A stretch of DNA of 63,623 nucleotides, counting the filler, from Folioceros fuciformis (taxonomy: Eukaryota), in assembly GCA_049999805.1 (NCBI GenBank). It is 7 parts of 7 records of this genome, joined end to end, with 100 filler letters (N's around TTAATTAATTAA, not from the genome) between each part and the next. Parts side by side here need not be neighbours in the genome. Positions count along the whole stretch, not along the records: positions 1 to 13,647 come from JBNGIO010006142.1; positions 13,748 to 22,324 come from JBNGIO010006145.1; positions 22,425 to 34,287 come from JBNGIO010006147.1; 4 more parts are not named here. One strand, given 5' to 3'. Under the pieces are notes generated by a model. That model was not told the DNA's origin and made no database searches. It worked only from the letters and a program-made list of their open reading frames with translations. Made by a program: the position numbers and the translations under genes. Shown here piece after piece: positions 12,540 to 23,239 of this stretch (its first letter is position 1; each line of letters starts with the position of its first letter).

Positions 12540-13647
12540 GTATTTTTGGAGGGGCTCTACATGATGACCAAACAAGGAGTGGTGGCAATAGCCAAACAAG
12601 TCAAAAGAGACAAAAGCTGTAAAAGACAAGAGTCTTCAAGGAAGAATGGAAAGTTGCATTTCATTAGGTGGAATTGTGCTCAATTTATGGAGAGAATCCA
12701 ATGTTTTGTATTGTTTGTGAACAACATGGTCATGGTGTAGTGGGACAAGCTAAGACTTCGACTGATGCGTAGGTAAAAGTTGGCAGTTAGAACTTCCAGA
12801 AGAGTGCATTGAACGATCATGCAAGGAGTACCTATCATTTAGCGTCATTGAAGATGGAGCAAGCCCAAGTAAATGCTCAACAAACAACCATGCAACGAAC
12901 TTTGGAAATGTATTTTTCCAAAAAAGATAATAAGATTCTTAACTTGTTGAAGTTCACCTATTTCTTTATTAAGAAGGATTTGAGTTTCCATATGTACGAG
13001 GACCTTTGTGAGTTCATGGGGGATATTGAAGAGGAAGGCATTCCATAGGTGAAGACATAATGGTTCATATCTGACAAATAGTGCTTGCAAGGAGCATGTG
13101 GTTTCCATAGCCAATTTTGTATGTGAACAACAAAAAAAGAGGTTACATGCAAGTCCATAATATAAATACTCATAGATGAGGGATAAATAAGACAATGGTG
13201 GAACACATAATTATTTATGTGTATTATTTGTATAATAGAACGATATGAAGGGAGTTTTTGAAGCTAGCCAATACAACAAGTATGCGTGTTGAAGGGATCT
13301 TCAATGCCTTAAGTTAGTTGAGCAATTGCAACTCTTTGATTTGATATGCACATTAAAAAAATAAGTGGATTTGTGAGCAATGGAGCATCAGTTATGATTA
13401 GCAAGGACCAAGGTCAAAGAGATCACAATAATGTGAAGTTTTTGCATAATGTGTATCCATATTTTGCTCAAACTCATTGTGTTGCTCACTGCACGATGCG
13501 TGTAGCTGTAGAAGCAACATCCAAGATTCCCAACTTTGAGATGGCGGACAAAATTGTCAAGAAAATGCACACTGCTTTTTATCATTCAAGTAAGAAAACT
13601 ATGGCTTTGCATGAATTGCAAGTGCAATTAGAAATGTAAGTCTTAAT
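12540..13647 (+). pseudogene. hAT-superfamily (ZNF862-like) transposase remnant
   Basis: NDHARSTYH, LIDEG-like first catalytic region, GFVSNGASVM (consensus SDGASVM), THCVAH (CxxH), FYHSSKK. Multiple stops. Confidence 0.75.
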
Positions 13648-13747
13648 NNNNNNNNNNNNNNNNNNNNNNNNNNNNNNNNNNNNNNNNNNNNTTAATTAAT
13701 TAANNNNNNNNNNNNNNNNNNNNNNNNNNNNNNNNNNNNNNNNNNNN
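13648..13747. other. Artificial contig linker (also at 22325-22424, 34288-34387, 48788-48887, 54443-54542, 61029-61128)
   Basis: N44-TTAATTAATTAA-N44, giving stops in all six frames, occurs identically six times. Confidence 0.98.
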
Positions 13748-14994
13748 GAGAGATGGAGGACGAGCATCGAACGGACCGTAGAAACGCAACCCGGCTGTGG
13801 AAGGCCTGCGCGCTGCCTGTTCGGGGGCCTGTGTAGAAAGAAGCCTGAGCAAGGGCCGCCACAGCCGAAGCTACTGCTTCACGAAGACATCCAGCTGCCG
13901 TTTGCCTCCTCACTGCTCTCCGGGACCTTCATCTCAGGTGAATCTTAGAGGCAGCTAGGACATCCAGATCCGTGTCTCATTCTTTGTCTGACAAGGCCTT
14001 TCAATGTTGCTACATAGTTTCTGGTGATTGGGAAGCAACCTTGACTGCCAATCACCAACCTTGACTGTTGGTATGTAGGATTGCGGTACAACTCGTCATC
14101 CGTTTCTTCCTTCAGATTTTAAAAGACCAGGGCCTGCCTGAGTGCGTTGGAATTCGATACTGCGCGACATAACTTTCTGGCTTGTGATTTGGAAGACACA
14201 GTGGCTGCCTGTGTCTTGGATTTCGATACAAAGAAACTGCAGTTTCTTCGTCGAGGTTTGAAGGAAGCAATGGTTCATTGCTTGTTTGCGTGTTGTAATC
14301 TGATTGAAGGAGACTAGCGTTTCTTCTCGTGATTTGAACGAGTCGTGAGTGTTTGCATCCGATACCGAGATAGACAACATCCGATACCGAGATAGACAAC
14401 AGCATGGTTTGAACCTTGTGCCTTGGAAGAAGCTGAAGTTTCTTGCTTGGCTGTGGTTAAAAGTACAAAGCGTTCCGGATTAATCCACTGTTTCGGAGCT
14501 TCAATGGATTTTTAATATATATTTCGGGTCTCCATTTCCCAGGCCCGTGAGGAGCTGCGGTACGCTTACAAAGCGTACCGCGATTTTGTTGTTGAAGACA
14601 ATAATTTTATATTATATTTATAAGTATCAGGCTGGGAATGGCTGGTGGAGGCTCGTGCCGAAGCTGGCCCCAAGACGGAAGAATATGGCCAGGCTGGGAA
14701 TGGCTGGTGGAGGCTCGTGCCGAAGCTGGCCCCAAGACGGAAGAATATGGCCGGGAGGGCCTTGGAGAAACCATTTTAGTACTGCCTTGCAGAGCCATTT
14801 TAGGTATTGCCTGCAGTGCCATTTTAGGTACCGAAGCGCTAGCCCCACTTTAGGTACCGAAGCGCCAGTGCCATTTTAGGTACCGAAGCGCTGGCCAGCC
14901 CCACTTTTAGGTACCGAAGTGCCATTTTAGGTACCGAAGCGTTGGCCCCACTTTAGGTACTCAAGACCCGAGAAGGAGACCCCTAGAGTATATT
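13748..14994 (+). repeat. 1247-bp direct repeat, copy 1 (copy 2 at 21078-22324)
   Basis: Identical by eye. The ORF track is identical with offset 7330. Confidence 0.97.
14628..14961 (+). repeat. 2 x 62-bp tandem repeat followed by ~8 copies of CA(T/C)TTTAGGTACCGAAG-like motif (duplicate at 21958-22291)
   Basis: Read directly. The spacers are short, variable and related to each other. Confidence 0.85.
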
Positions 14995-15321
14995 NNNNNN
15001 NNNNNNNNNNNNNNNNNNNNNNNNNNNNNNNNNNNNNNNNNNNNNNNNNNNNNNNNNNNNNNNNNNNNNNNNNNNNNNNNNNNNNNNNNNNNNNCCCCTA
15101 GAGTATATTTAAACATGCTTGTGACTTCCACGCGACATCTACTTGGTTTCTTGTGACAAGTTTGTCAAATTCTTACGCCACATCTGTTGGGGTTTTTTCT
15201 TGCAGGCTCCGTGTCCGCATTTTCCTAGCGCGGAAGGGCAGAGGTTGGCGCCTCCTTCGCTTTAAGCTCCTCCCTCTCGGAAGGCAGTTGACCTAGGCTA
15301 GTAATCAATTAGTTTGAAAGA

Positions 15322-16140
15322 ATGATTCATCTCGCTTCAGAGGGTTCTGCGGGTGACCCCGCGGTTGTCGAGGTCTACGATGCCTGTGATTCAGTGGTTA
15401 TGGAGCTTTACGATTTAATTTCAGATATCTTCGAGAACAAAACTGATCCACGTATTAGTATGCACATGCGTAGAGCATGGAAAATGGGCAAGACAATTAT
15501 GGAGCTGAAGATACAGGTTCATAAGTGGCAGGAACAGGCCCATAGCTTGGAGAAGGAGATGCATAGCTTGGAGAAGGAGATGCATAGCTTGAAGAAGGAG
15601 ATCTGGAGCCATGAAGTGGCAATGTTGCAGAGGACGAAGGACCATGAAGTGGCAATGTTGCAGAGGACGAAGGACCATGAACAAGTTTTGGACTACAGTG
15701 AACAATTAATGAAAGAGAAGGAGCGTGTCATAAAGGGTCTTCAACAAACCAATCAGGACCTCAGATTGGATTTGCTTCAAGCAAAAGGGGTCACGACTCT
15801 CCGCGGATTATGGGAGTATTTCCAGGAGGAAATGCAACGTCGCGAGAATTTGGATACCAATAACTGGTACTATAACTGGAGCGAAGTTCTGAGAAGGAGT
15901 ACAACTTTGCGACATGATCTGGAGACAAAATGTAGTTGGGATGGGGACCTTCCATCTAAACTTCTGAACATTTATCGTACCTTGTCACAGCACATCCATC
16001 AAGAAAAAGTCAAGATCAGTTATGAATTAACGAAGTCGGGAGGGTTTGTATTGATTCAACAGTACCCGTTGACGTTCGATCAAGCCATTGCGATAAAATG
16101 TATTGGCAATCATTTAGGTTTTGATATCAGAATGGAATAG
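15322..16140 (+). CDS. Orphan 272-aa coiled-coil protein with globular C-terminal domain
   Basis: Intact ATG-to-TAG ORF with in-frame repeats (HSLEKEM x3, 21 nt; HEVAMLQRTKD x2, 33 nt). C-terminal motifs LLQAKGVTTLRGLWE and IYRTLSQHIH. Splice-acceptor-like TTTTTTCTTGCAG at ~15205. Confidence 0.7.
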   Translation: MIHLASEGSAGDPAVVEVYDACDSVVMELYDLISDIFENKTDPRISMHMRRAWKMGKTIMELKIQVHKWQEQAHSLEKEMHSLEKEMHSLKKEIWSHEVAMLQRTKDHEVAMLQRTKDHEQVLDYSEQLMKEKERVIKGLQQTNQDLRLDLLQAKGVTTLRGLWEYFQEEMQRRENLDTNNWYYNWSEVLRRSTTLRHDLETKCSWDGDLPSKLLNIYRTLSQHIHQEKVKISYELTKSGGFVLIQQYPLTFDQAIAIKCIGNHLGFDIRME

Positions 16141-16964
16141 CCTTAGCCTTGATAATTTACTTTAGAATGCTGGGTGTCCTCAGACATGTTTGGTCAGCGC
16201 CGATGATTATTTCCTGCAAAGACATTCGAAGATTCATAAATAATTGCCTTTTTATCTGTAGATCACGAAAGGATGCAAGAGTAAGGCCATGTTCTGGTGA
16301 CCAATGCTTGCCAATGTCAAAGTATCTGAACATCGGGTCCGGGACACGTCGAACCGCTGTTGCTTCATTAGCAGTTTGGCCATGTTTTGAACACCTATTT
16401 GAGACCACACCTTCGGACTCTCTGCTTCAGCCCTGCTGAGCGATTCCCATTAGAATAACCCACGGTTAACAGTTCTAAGCTACCGTTGCATTTTGAACTA
16501 ACCACCCGAATCGAGACTACCCGGATCCGAGCAAGATTAGAAAGGTCCTTGGAGTGCGAGTTTTCCCTTTGAAAGGAGAGCCTCGACATTGCATCTCTCA
16601 TCAGAGCCATAGGTCCTCGGTCTTCAGCACTCAACATGTCCGTTAAACCAGTTATGGTGTGGCCCATCAGCCTCCACTTACAACAGGAATTTCGTAATTA
16701 TCCAGATTCACATCCACAATCTGTCCAAGGGCAACACCAGTTATAGCCGACAGAGCCATCCAGCAAAGTTTGCGCAGAATCCTAGAATCAGAAACCACCG
16801 AACTTACCTCATCACACTCTCCCGACATGTGGCAGTATTGTCCCATAAGCCAGACCTGAATAGAGTGAGCAACAATTGAAATCGTGCTGTGACTGTAAGC
16901 TACATTTCTGTGGATGCGTAAGGACTGAGATCCTGCTTTGTCTAATCGGTGCAGGCTGCTAGGT

Positions 16965-19125
16965 TCATGCTGACAGTTCGGTGGTCCCACAGAAAAGAGC
17001 AAAGCTCAAATGTGCAACGAGAAGAGCCTCTGCGTCATCGACGTGACCTGCACAGCCAAGGAGATCGACCATGCAATGATAATGATCCGCAGTTGGCGCG
17101 ATGCCACGGTCTTCAACCATCAACATAAAGTATTGCCGCCCCTCGTCCACGAAGCCCACATGACTGCAGGCAACAAGCAACGAAATGAACGTTGCGGCAT
17201 CGGGCGTCACTCCGCGTTGTGTCATATCCTCGAAGCACTGCATGGCCATTTTGCAGTCATTGTGCTGGCCATAGCCGTTGATCAAAGAATTCCAGCTCAC
17301 CACATCTTGCAGTGACAGGCTTTTGAACAATTTGTGTGCGTCCTCCAGCCTTCCGCATTTGGTGTGCATGTCAACCAGAGCACTCCCAACGAAAGGGTCG
17401 ATCTTCAACCCGCTTTCAAGGATGTGAGCTTGCACACGCTTACCCTCCTGAATAGCTCCCATGCTGCCACATGCCTTCAGAATGGTGGCAAAAGTGACTT
17501 CATCGGGAGTTGACACTCTGCTGCTGCATGCTCGCAAATAGATCAATGGCGTCCTGCTCACGCCCGTGCTGAGTGTATCCAAAAATCATGCCATGCCAAG
17601 TGCCTTTGGTTTTGGTCGGACATCTGTCAAACACCTTCCGGGCATCCACCAAGCTCCCGCATTTAGCGTACATGTCCACCAGGCTGGTCGCAATGATCCC
17701 GTTTACCTCAACCCCTCTTTCTTGGACCTGCGCATGTATTTCCTTGCCTTGCAAGATAGCCCCCAGGCTGCCACATGCCTTCAAAATGCTGACAAACGTG
17801 CTCTCACTGGCCACTGTCGCACCATCCTGCTGCATGTGTGCATATAGGGTCAGTGCATCCTGGCCCAAGCCTTCCTGGACGTATCCTGCAATCATAGCGT
17901 TCCATGTCACAGCATTCCGGTCGGCCAGGCCGTTGAACACGCTGCGAGCGTTCTCCAGGCAACCGCACTTTGCATACATGTCAACCAGGGCACTCCCAAC
18001 GAAAACATGTGTTTCAAGGCATCGTTCTCCAATCCGAGCATGGATTCTCGTTCCCTCCTGGATGGCCCCCGTAGTGCCACATGCCTTCAGGATGCTCACC
18101 AATACAACAGTGTTGTCTAGCATCGTACCATCTTGTGGCATGGTGGCATACAGTTCCAGCACTTCCGCACCAAGGCCATGCTGAGCATATCCTGCGAGCA
18201 TTGCACCCCATATCACCACATCCTTGGTAAGCAAATCGTCGAAGATTGTACGAGCGTGTACCAGGTCTCCACACTTCACATACATGTCCACGAGAGAGCT
18301 TGCAACACACAAGTCCGTTTGCAGTCCTGCTTCCACAATTTTGGCATGAATCCGAGTGCCCTCCTCAAGGGCTGCAATACTGCCACACGCTTTCAGTACC
18401 GCTACAAAAGTGACTTTGTCCGGAGTCACGCCTTTCCGTTGCATGTTGGAGAAGAGATGAAGGGCTTCCTCACCCTGTCCGTGGTGGGCGTATCCAGCAA
18501 TCAAACAACTCCAAGCAATTACATTCTTTCTTGGCATGGCATCAAACACTCTCCCAGCATCCTCCAAGCTCCCACATTTGGCGTACATGTCCACGAGGGT
18601 AGGCCCAACAAACACATTTGATTCCAAGCCTGAGACAACCACATCAGCATGCACTAGCTTGCCCATTGCCAGGTCGGATCTGCTGATACAAACTTTAAGC
18701 ACAGCCACAATAGTGTAGGCATTGGGGCCTTATGGCTGCCTGCTGCATCTTTTGATACAGCTCCAGCGCCTGCACATCTTTGCCAAGCTCAACGTGTGCT
18801 GAAATAATACATGCCCACACAAACGCATCGGGTGCATGTTGCTCCGGCTGAACACTTCATTTGCTTCCCGCAAACTCCCATGCAAGGCATACATCCGGAT
18901 TAGCAGAACTGCCAGAAACGAGTTGGACCCATAGCCACATTCCACACAAAGAGCATGCATTCGCCTGCCCAGTTCCGGATCTTTCTTCTCAAAACACCCC
19001 TTCAAGTGACGGCACAGAATAGATCTGGAAACAAACAATCCTTCCCGTCCCCCAAGATCCACTGCATGAAATATCTCAGAAAGGCTTCCTTCAGTACAAA
19101 GTTCCCCCCTCGCATCAGACTGCAA
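16965..19125 (-). pseudogene. PLS-class pentatricopeptide repeat gene, frameshifted and C-terminally truncated
   Basis: Repeated VGSALVDMYAKCG, VTFVAVLKACG and VVSWNSLI motifs, ending ACSHVGFVDEG...HYHCMVDLLG. Frameshifts near 18845 and 17510. No recognisable complete E/DYW tail. Confidence 0.9.
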
Positions 19126-19439
19126 GTCACCTTCAATCTGTGGCGGACTGCATCATCCAGAAGGTCAACAAGGAGACCACAACATAAATATCATGTTACG
19201 TTACACTGCATACTGTTATGCTACGCCATGCTTGCAACATCTCAGAGATCCTTATGACTGCAAGATCCACTTGCCTCAGTGATTTCCACCTACACCGTGC
19301 ACTAGAATTCGTTGCCTCCGAATATCTCGCATCCCCACACTTCAGCCACGCAGGGTTTTCCCACGGGTCGAGCCCCAAGGCCCCTCTATTTGCTTGATGA
19401 ATGAGGTTGAGATTGATCTGCTGTGAGCAGCAATCACCA

Positions 19440-21600
19440 GCATGTACTTCTAGAAACGCGAAAATCCCTCCTATCTTCAATGAGGATTTCCCAACACCGA
19501 TACAAAGCCAGCAACAGAGCACACGTTTCACCTTGTCCCTCCACTTGCTATCCCACCAAAGCGAGGTATGAGCACCAATCTCCACCGACAAGTCTTCCTG
19601 CAGATTTCAATCACTTGCCAGCAAACACGTAATATTCCAGCACTGCACTCTCCAGCATCATGTCAATGTAAGTTGAATTCCAAAAACCAGAGAATTACCA
19701 GGCCGAAATATGGATATGCTGGGCTCTATTCCCGTGTGCACACTTGACAACCGCCTGTACCACTCCTGGATGAAGCTGCAGGGGAATGGTTTCTTTGGCG
19801 TCGGGCATGACACATCCAAACTCCGGTGTGAAAGTCCAATTCTCTTCATCCCGCTGCTGCTCTCCCACACTGGACACGCTTAAACCCTAAACCCTTGCCT
19901 GTTGCGCTGAGACTATGAATGCTGGGCAGGCAACAGATGGGCATCCCCGAAGCATGCTTAGTTCCATGGCCTTAACCTTTAGCCAGGGCAGGTGCTTGAT
20001 TACCACACCTCGATCCTTTCTTGCCACCCTTGCGCTTTTCCCCGCATTCGCGCTCACCCTACGCTCCGAAGATGGAAGACGAGCATCAAGCGCACCGGAA
20101 AAACACGATCCGGTAGCGGGAGCTTGTTTCAGGGTCCTGTGGAGAAATAAGCTAGAGCTGCGGTTCCCCGACCTCGCTGCTCTCCAAGACCTTCTTGGCA
20201 GGTTGATCTTAGAGGCCGCTAGGAAATTCAGATCCATCTGCTGCTAGCAATTCCATCGTGTCTGATTTGCCATTAGATTTTACGACAACAGTTTCTTCAT
20301 GTGAGTAGGAGAAGTCGATGGCCGCGTGTGTGTAAGATTGCCATCCAACGGGACCTCAGTTACTTGTATGTGAATTGGAAGACGCAGTGGCTGCTGGAGT
20401 GTTGGAATCCGAGAAAAATGCAGTGGCTGCTGGAGTGTTGGAATTGCAGACAAAACGACATCAGGTTTTTCCTTGATGGTTTGGAAGACGCAGTCGCTGC
20501 TTGAGTCAAAATCGTCAATGAAGATTTTCTGACGACACAGAACCAGTAGTAGACCACACCACCTACTACTACCAACTACCTCCCCCGACAGGCCTTCATG
20601 CAAATTCTATCACTCTCAGCAAACACGAAATATTTCAGTCACGGCATCCTCCAGCGTGTCAATGTAACCTGCATTGCTAAAACCAGGGAATTGCCAGGCT
20701 CACATCTGAATCTGCCGAGCTCTGTTGCCGTTTGCAAACTCGGCAGCTGCCTGGACCACAACTGGAGGAAGCTGCAAAGGGATTGATTTCCTTGACTTCA
20801 GGCATAACACATTCCATCTCCGGTGCGCCGGACCATGTCTTTTCATCCCGTTGCTGACGTCCCGCTCCCGCTATCTACGCACTCCAACCCTAAACCCTTT
20901 CGTGCTGAGCTGAGACTCCAAACCCAAGGCGGGATACGCGTGGGCATATGTGAAGCATGCTCAGTTAGAGTCCATTCCATGGCGTTGACTTGTTGGTACA
21001 GCAACTGCTTGATTTTCGCCCCGATCCTTTCCTTCAATCCATGGGCGTCTTCCCGAACTCACGCTCGCCTTAATCTTGAGAGATGGAGGACGAGCATCGA
21101 ACGGACCGTAGAAACGCAACCCGGCTGTGGAAGGCCTGCGCGCTGCCTGTTCGGGGGCCTGTGTAGAAAGAAGCCTGAGCAAGGGCCGCCACAGCCGAAG
21201 CTACTGCTTCACGAAGACATCCAGCTGCCGTTTGCCTCCTCACTGCTCTCCGGGACCTTCATCTCAGGTGAATCTTAGAGGCAGCTAGGACATCCAGATC
21301 CGTGTCTCATTCTTTGTCTGACAAGGCCTTTCAATGTTGCTACATAGTTTCTGGTGATTGGGAAGCAACCTTGACTGCCAATCACCAACCTTGACTGTTG
21401 GTATGTAGGATTGCGGTACAACTCGTCATCCGTTTCTTCCTTCAGATTTTAAAAGACCAGGGCCTGCCTGAGTGCGTTGGAATTCGATACTGCGCGACAT
21501 AACTTTCTGGCTTGTGATTTGGAAGACACAGTGGCTGCCTGTGTCTTGGATTTCGATACAAAGAAACTGCAGTTTCTTCGTCGAGGTTTGAAGGAAGCAA
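19440..21600. repeat. Diverged tandem duplication, period ~1.0-1.1 kb
   Basis: Co-linear matches, e.g. AGATGGAAGACGAGCATC (20070) / AGATGGAGGACGAGCATC (21081); ACCCTAAACCCTT (19885/20888); TTGGAAGAC(G/A)CAGTGGCTGC (20375/21520). Confidence 0.75.
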
Positions 21601-22324
21601 TGGTTCATTGCTTGTTTGCGTGTTGTAATCTGATTGAAGGAGACTAGCGTTTCTTCTCGTGATTTGAACGAGTCGTGAGTGTTTGCATCCGATACCGAGA
21701 TAGACAACATCCGATACCGAGATAGACAACAGCATGGTTTGAACCTTGTGCCTTGGAAGAAGCTGAAGTTTCTTGCTTGGCTGTGGTTAAAAGTACAAAG
21801 CGTTCCGGATTAATCCACTGTTTCGGAGCTTCAATGGATTTTTAATATATATTTCGGGTCTCCATTTCCCAGGCCCGTGAGGAGCTGCGGTACGCTTACA
21901 AAGCGTACCGCGATTTTGTTGTTGAAGACAATAATTTTATATTATATTTATAAGTATCAGGCTGGGAATGGCTGGTGGAGGCTCGTGCCGAAGCTGGCCC
22001 CAAGACGGAAGAATATGGCCAGGCTGGGAATGGCTGGTGGAGGCTCGTGCCGAAGCTGGCCCCAAGACGGAAGAATATGGCCGGGAGGGCCTTGGAGAAA
22101 CCATTTTAGTACTGCCTTGCAGAGCCATTTTAGGTATTGCCTGCAGTGCCATTTTAGGTACCGAAGCGCTAGCCCCACTTTAGGTACCGAAGCGCCAGTG
22201 CCATTTTAGGTACCGAAGCGCTGGCCAGCCCCACTTTTAGGTACCGAAGTGCCATTTTAGGTACCGAAGCGTTGGCCCCACTTTAGGTACTCAAGACCCG
22301 AGAAGGAGACCCCTAGAGTATATT
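21078..22324 (+). repeat. 1247-bp direct repeat, copy 2
   Basis: Matches 13748-14994. Confidence 0.97.
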
Positions 22325-22841
22325 NNNNNNNNNNNNNNNNNNNNNNNNNNNNNNNNNNNNNNNNNNNNTTAATTAATTAANNNNNNNNNNNNNNNNNNNN
22401 NNNNNNNNNNNNNNNNNNNNNNNNCCCGTCGCCGATGCCGATGCCGCCCCTCGATCTCTCCGCTGGCGGAGAGCACTAAATGCCTGCTCACCCGACGGCC
22501 GCCTCCCGTCACAGAGGCCACTCGCTCCGTGAATGAAATTCGAATTCCGAATCCCGGAAAGCCCTTCTTCAGATTTTTCTAGGGGACCAGCCCAGCCAGC
22601 ACACACAAGTACACAGTAAGAAGGTGCGCACCATATCCCAAACAAGTGGTGATACAGCTTTGTTCCTGTGCCATGCTTTACCCAACCTTCACACCCCATG
22701 TAACAAATCCACAGAACAGACGTACAAGCAGATTTTAGGTCCGAGTGGGGCCTGCAAATTTTGAAGCAGCTCTGCCCGGTAAAGGTCTCTCCCGGGCCCA
22801 GCAAGCCCAGCAGCAGCAGGTGCTGGGCGGCAGCGGCAGCT

Positions 22842-22883
22842 GCACCCGCACCCGCACCCGCACCCGCACCCGCACCCGCACCC
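22842..22883 (+). repeat. (GCACCC)7 microsatellite
   Basis: Read directly. Confidence 0.9.
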
Positions 22884-23239
22884 GTAGCCGCGGCCGCAGC
22901 GTCACGACACCGGGCTGGATCCAGGTTGCGGCTATCCCCACACTCATCCACGGAGCGCTGCAAGGCCAGCAGCTACAGCGTCCAAGATGCTTGCGGAGAT
23001 CTGGTTTCCCAGGGCGGCTTGAACGATTTCACGTGACGACATAAATTCCAAACACAAGAATTGGATAAAAGACAGCATGCCCGGTGGGGTAATCTGGGTA
23101 CCTATCATAGCATAGCTGCAAGAAAAAACAATTTTTCACACTTCAAAAGAGGCCAGAACGTTGCATCAGGCACTCTCACCCTTGGAAGGCCATCACCGCT
23201 TGATGACGCTAGTTAGCTCCGTGATAAACACAAGAGGCA

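Noticed and set aside
14770-14961. CRISPR-like look of the repeated TTTAGGTACCGAAG motif
   Set aside because: The repeats are too short, the spacers are short, unequal and mutually similar, there are no cas genes, and the context is eukaryotic.
17010-18718. Plus-strand ORFs of up to 203 aa
   Set aside because: Antisense shadows of the PPR coding sequence.
22373-23044. ORFs with AG/RV/AP/RT dipeptide runs
   Set aside because: Produced by the (GCACCC)7 repeat. The coding frame and strand cannot be determined.
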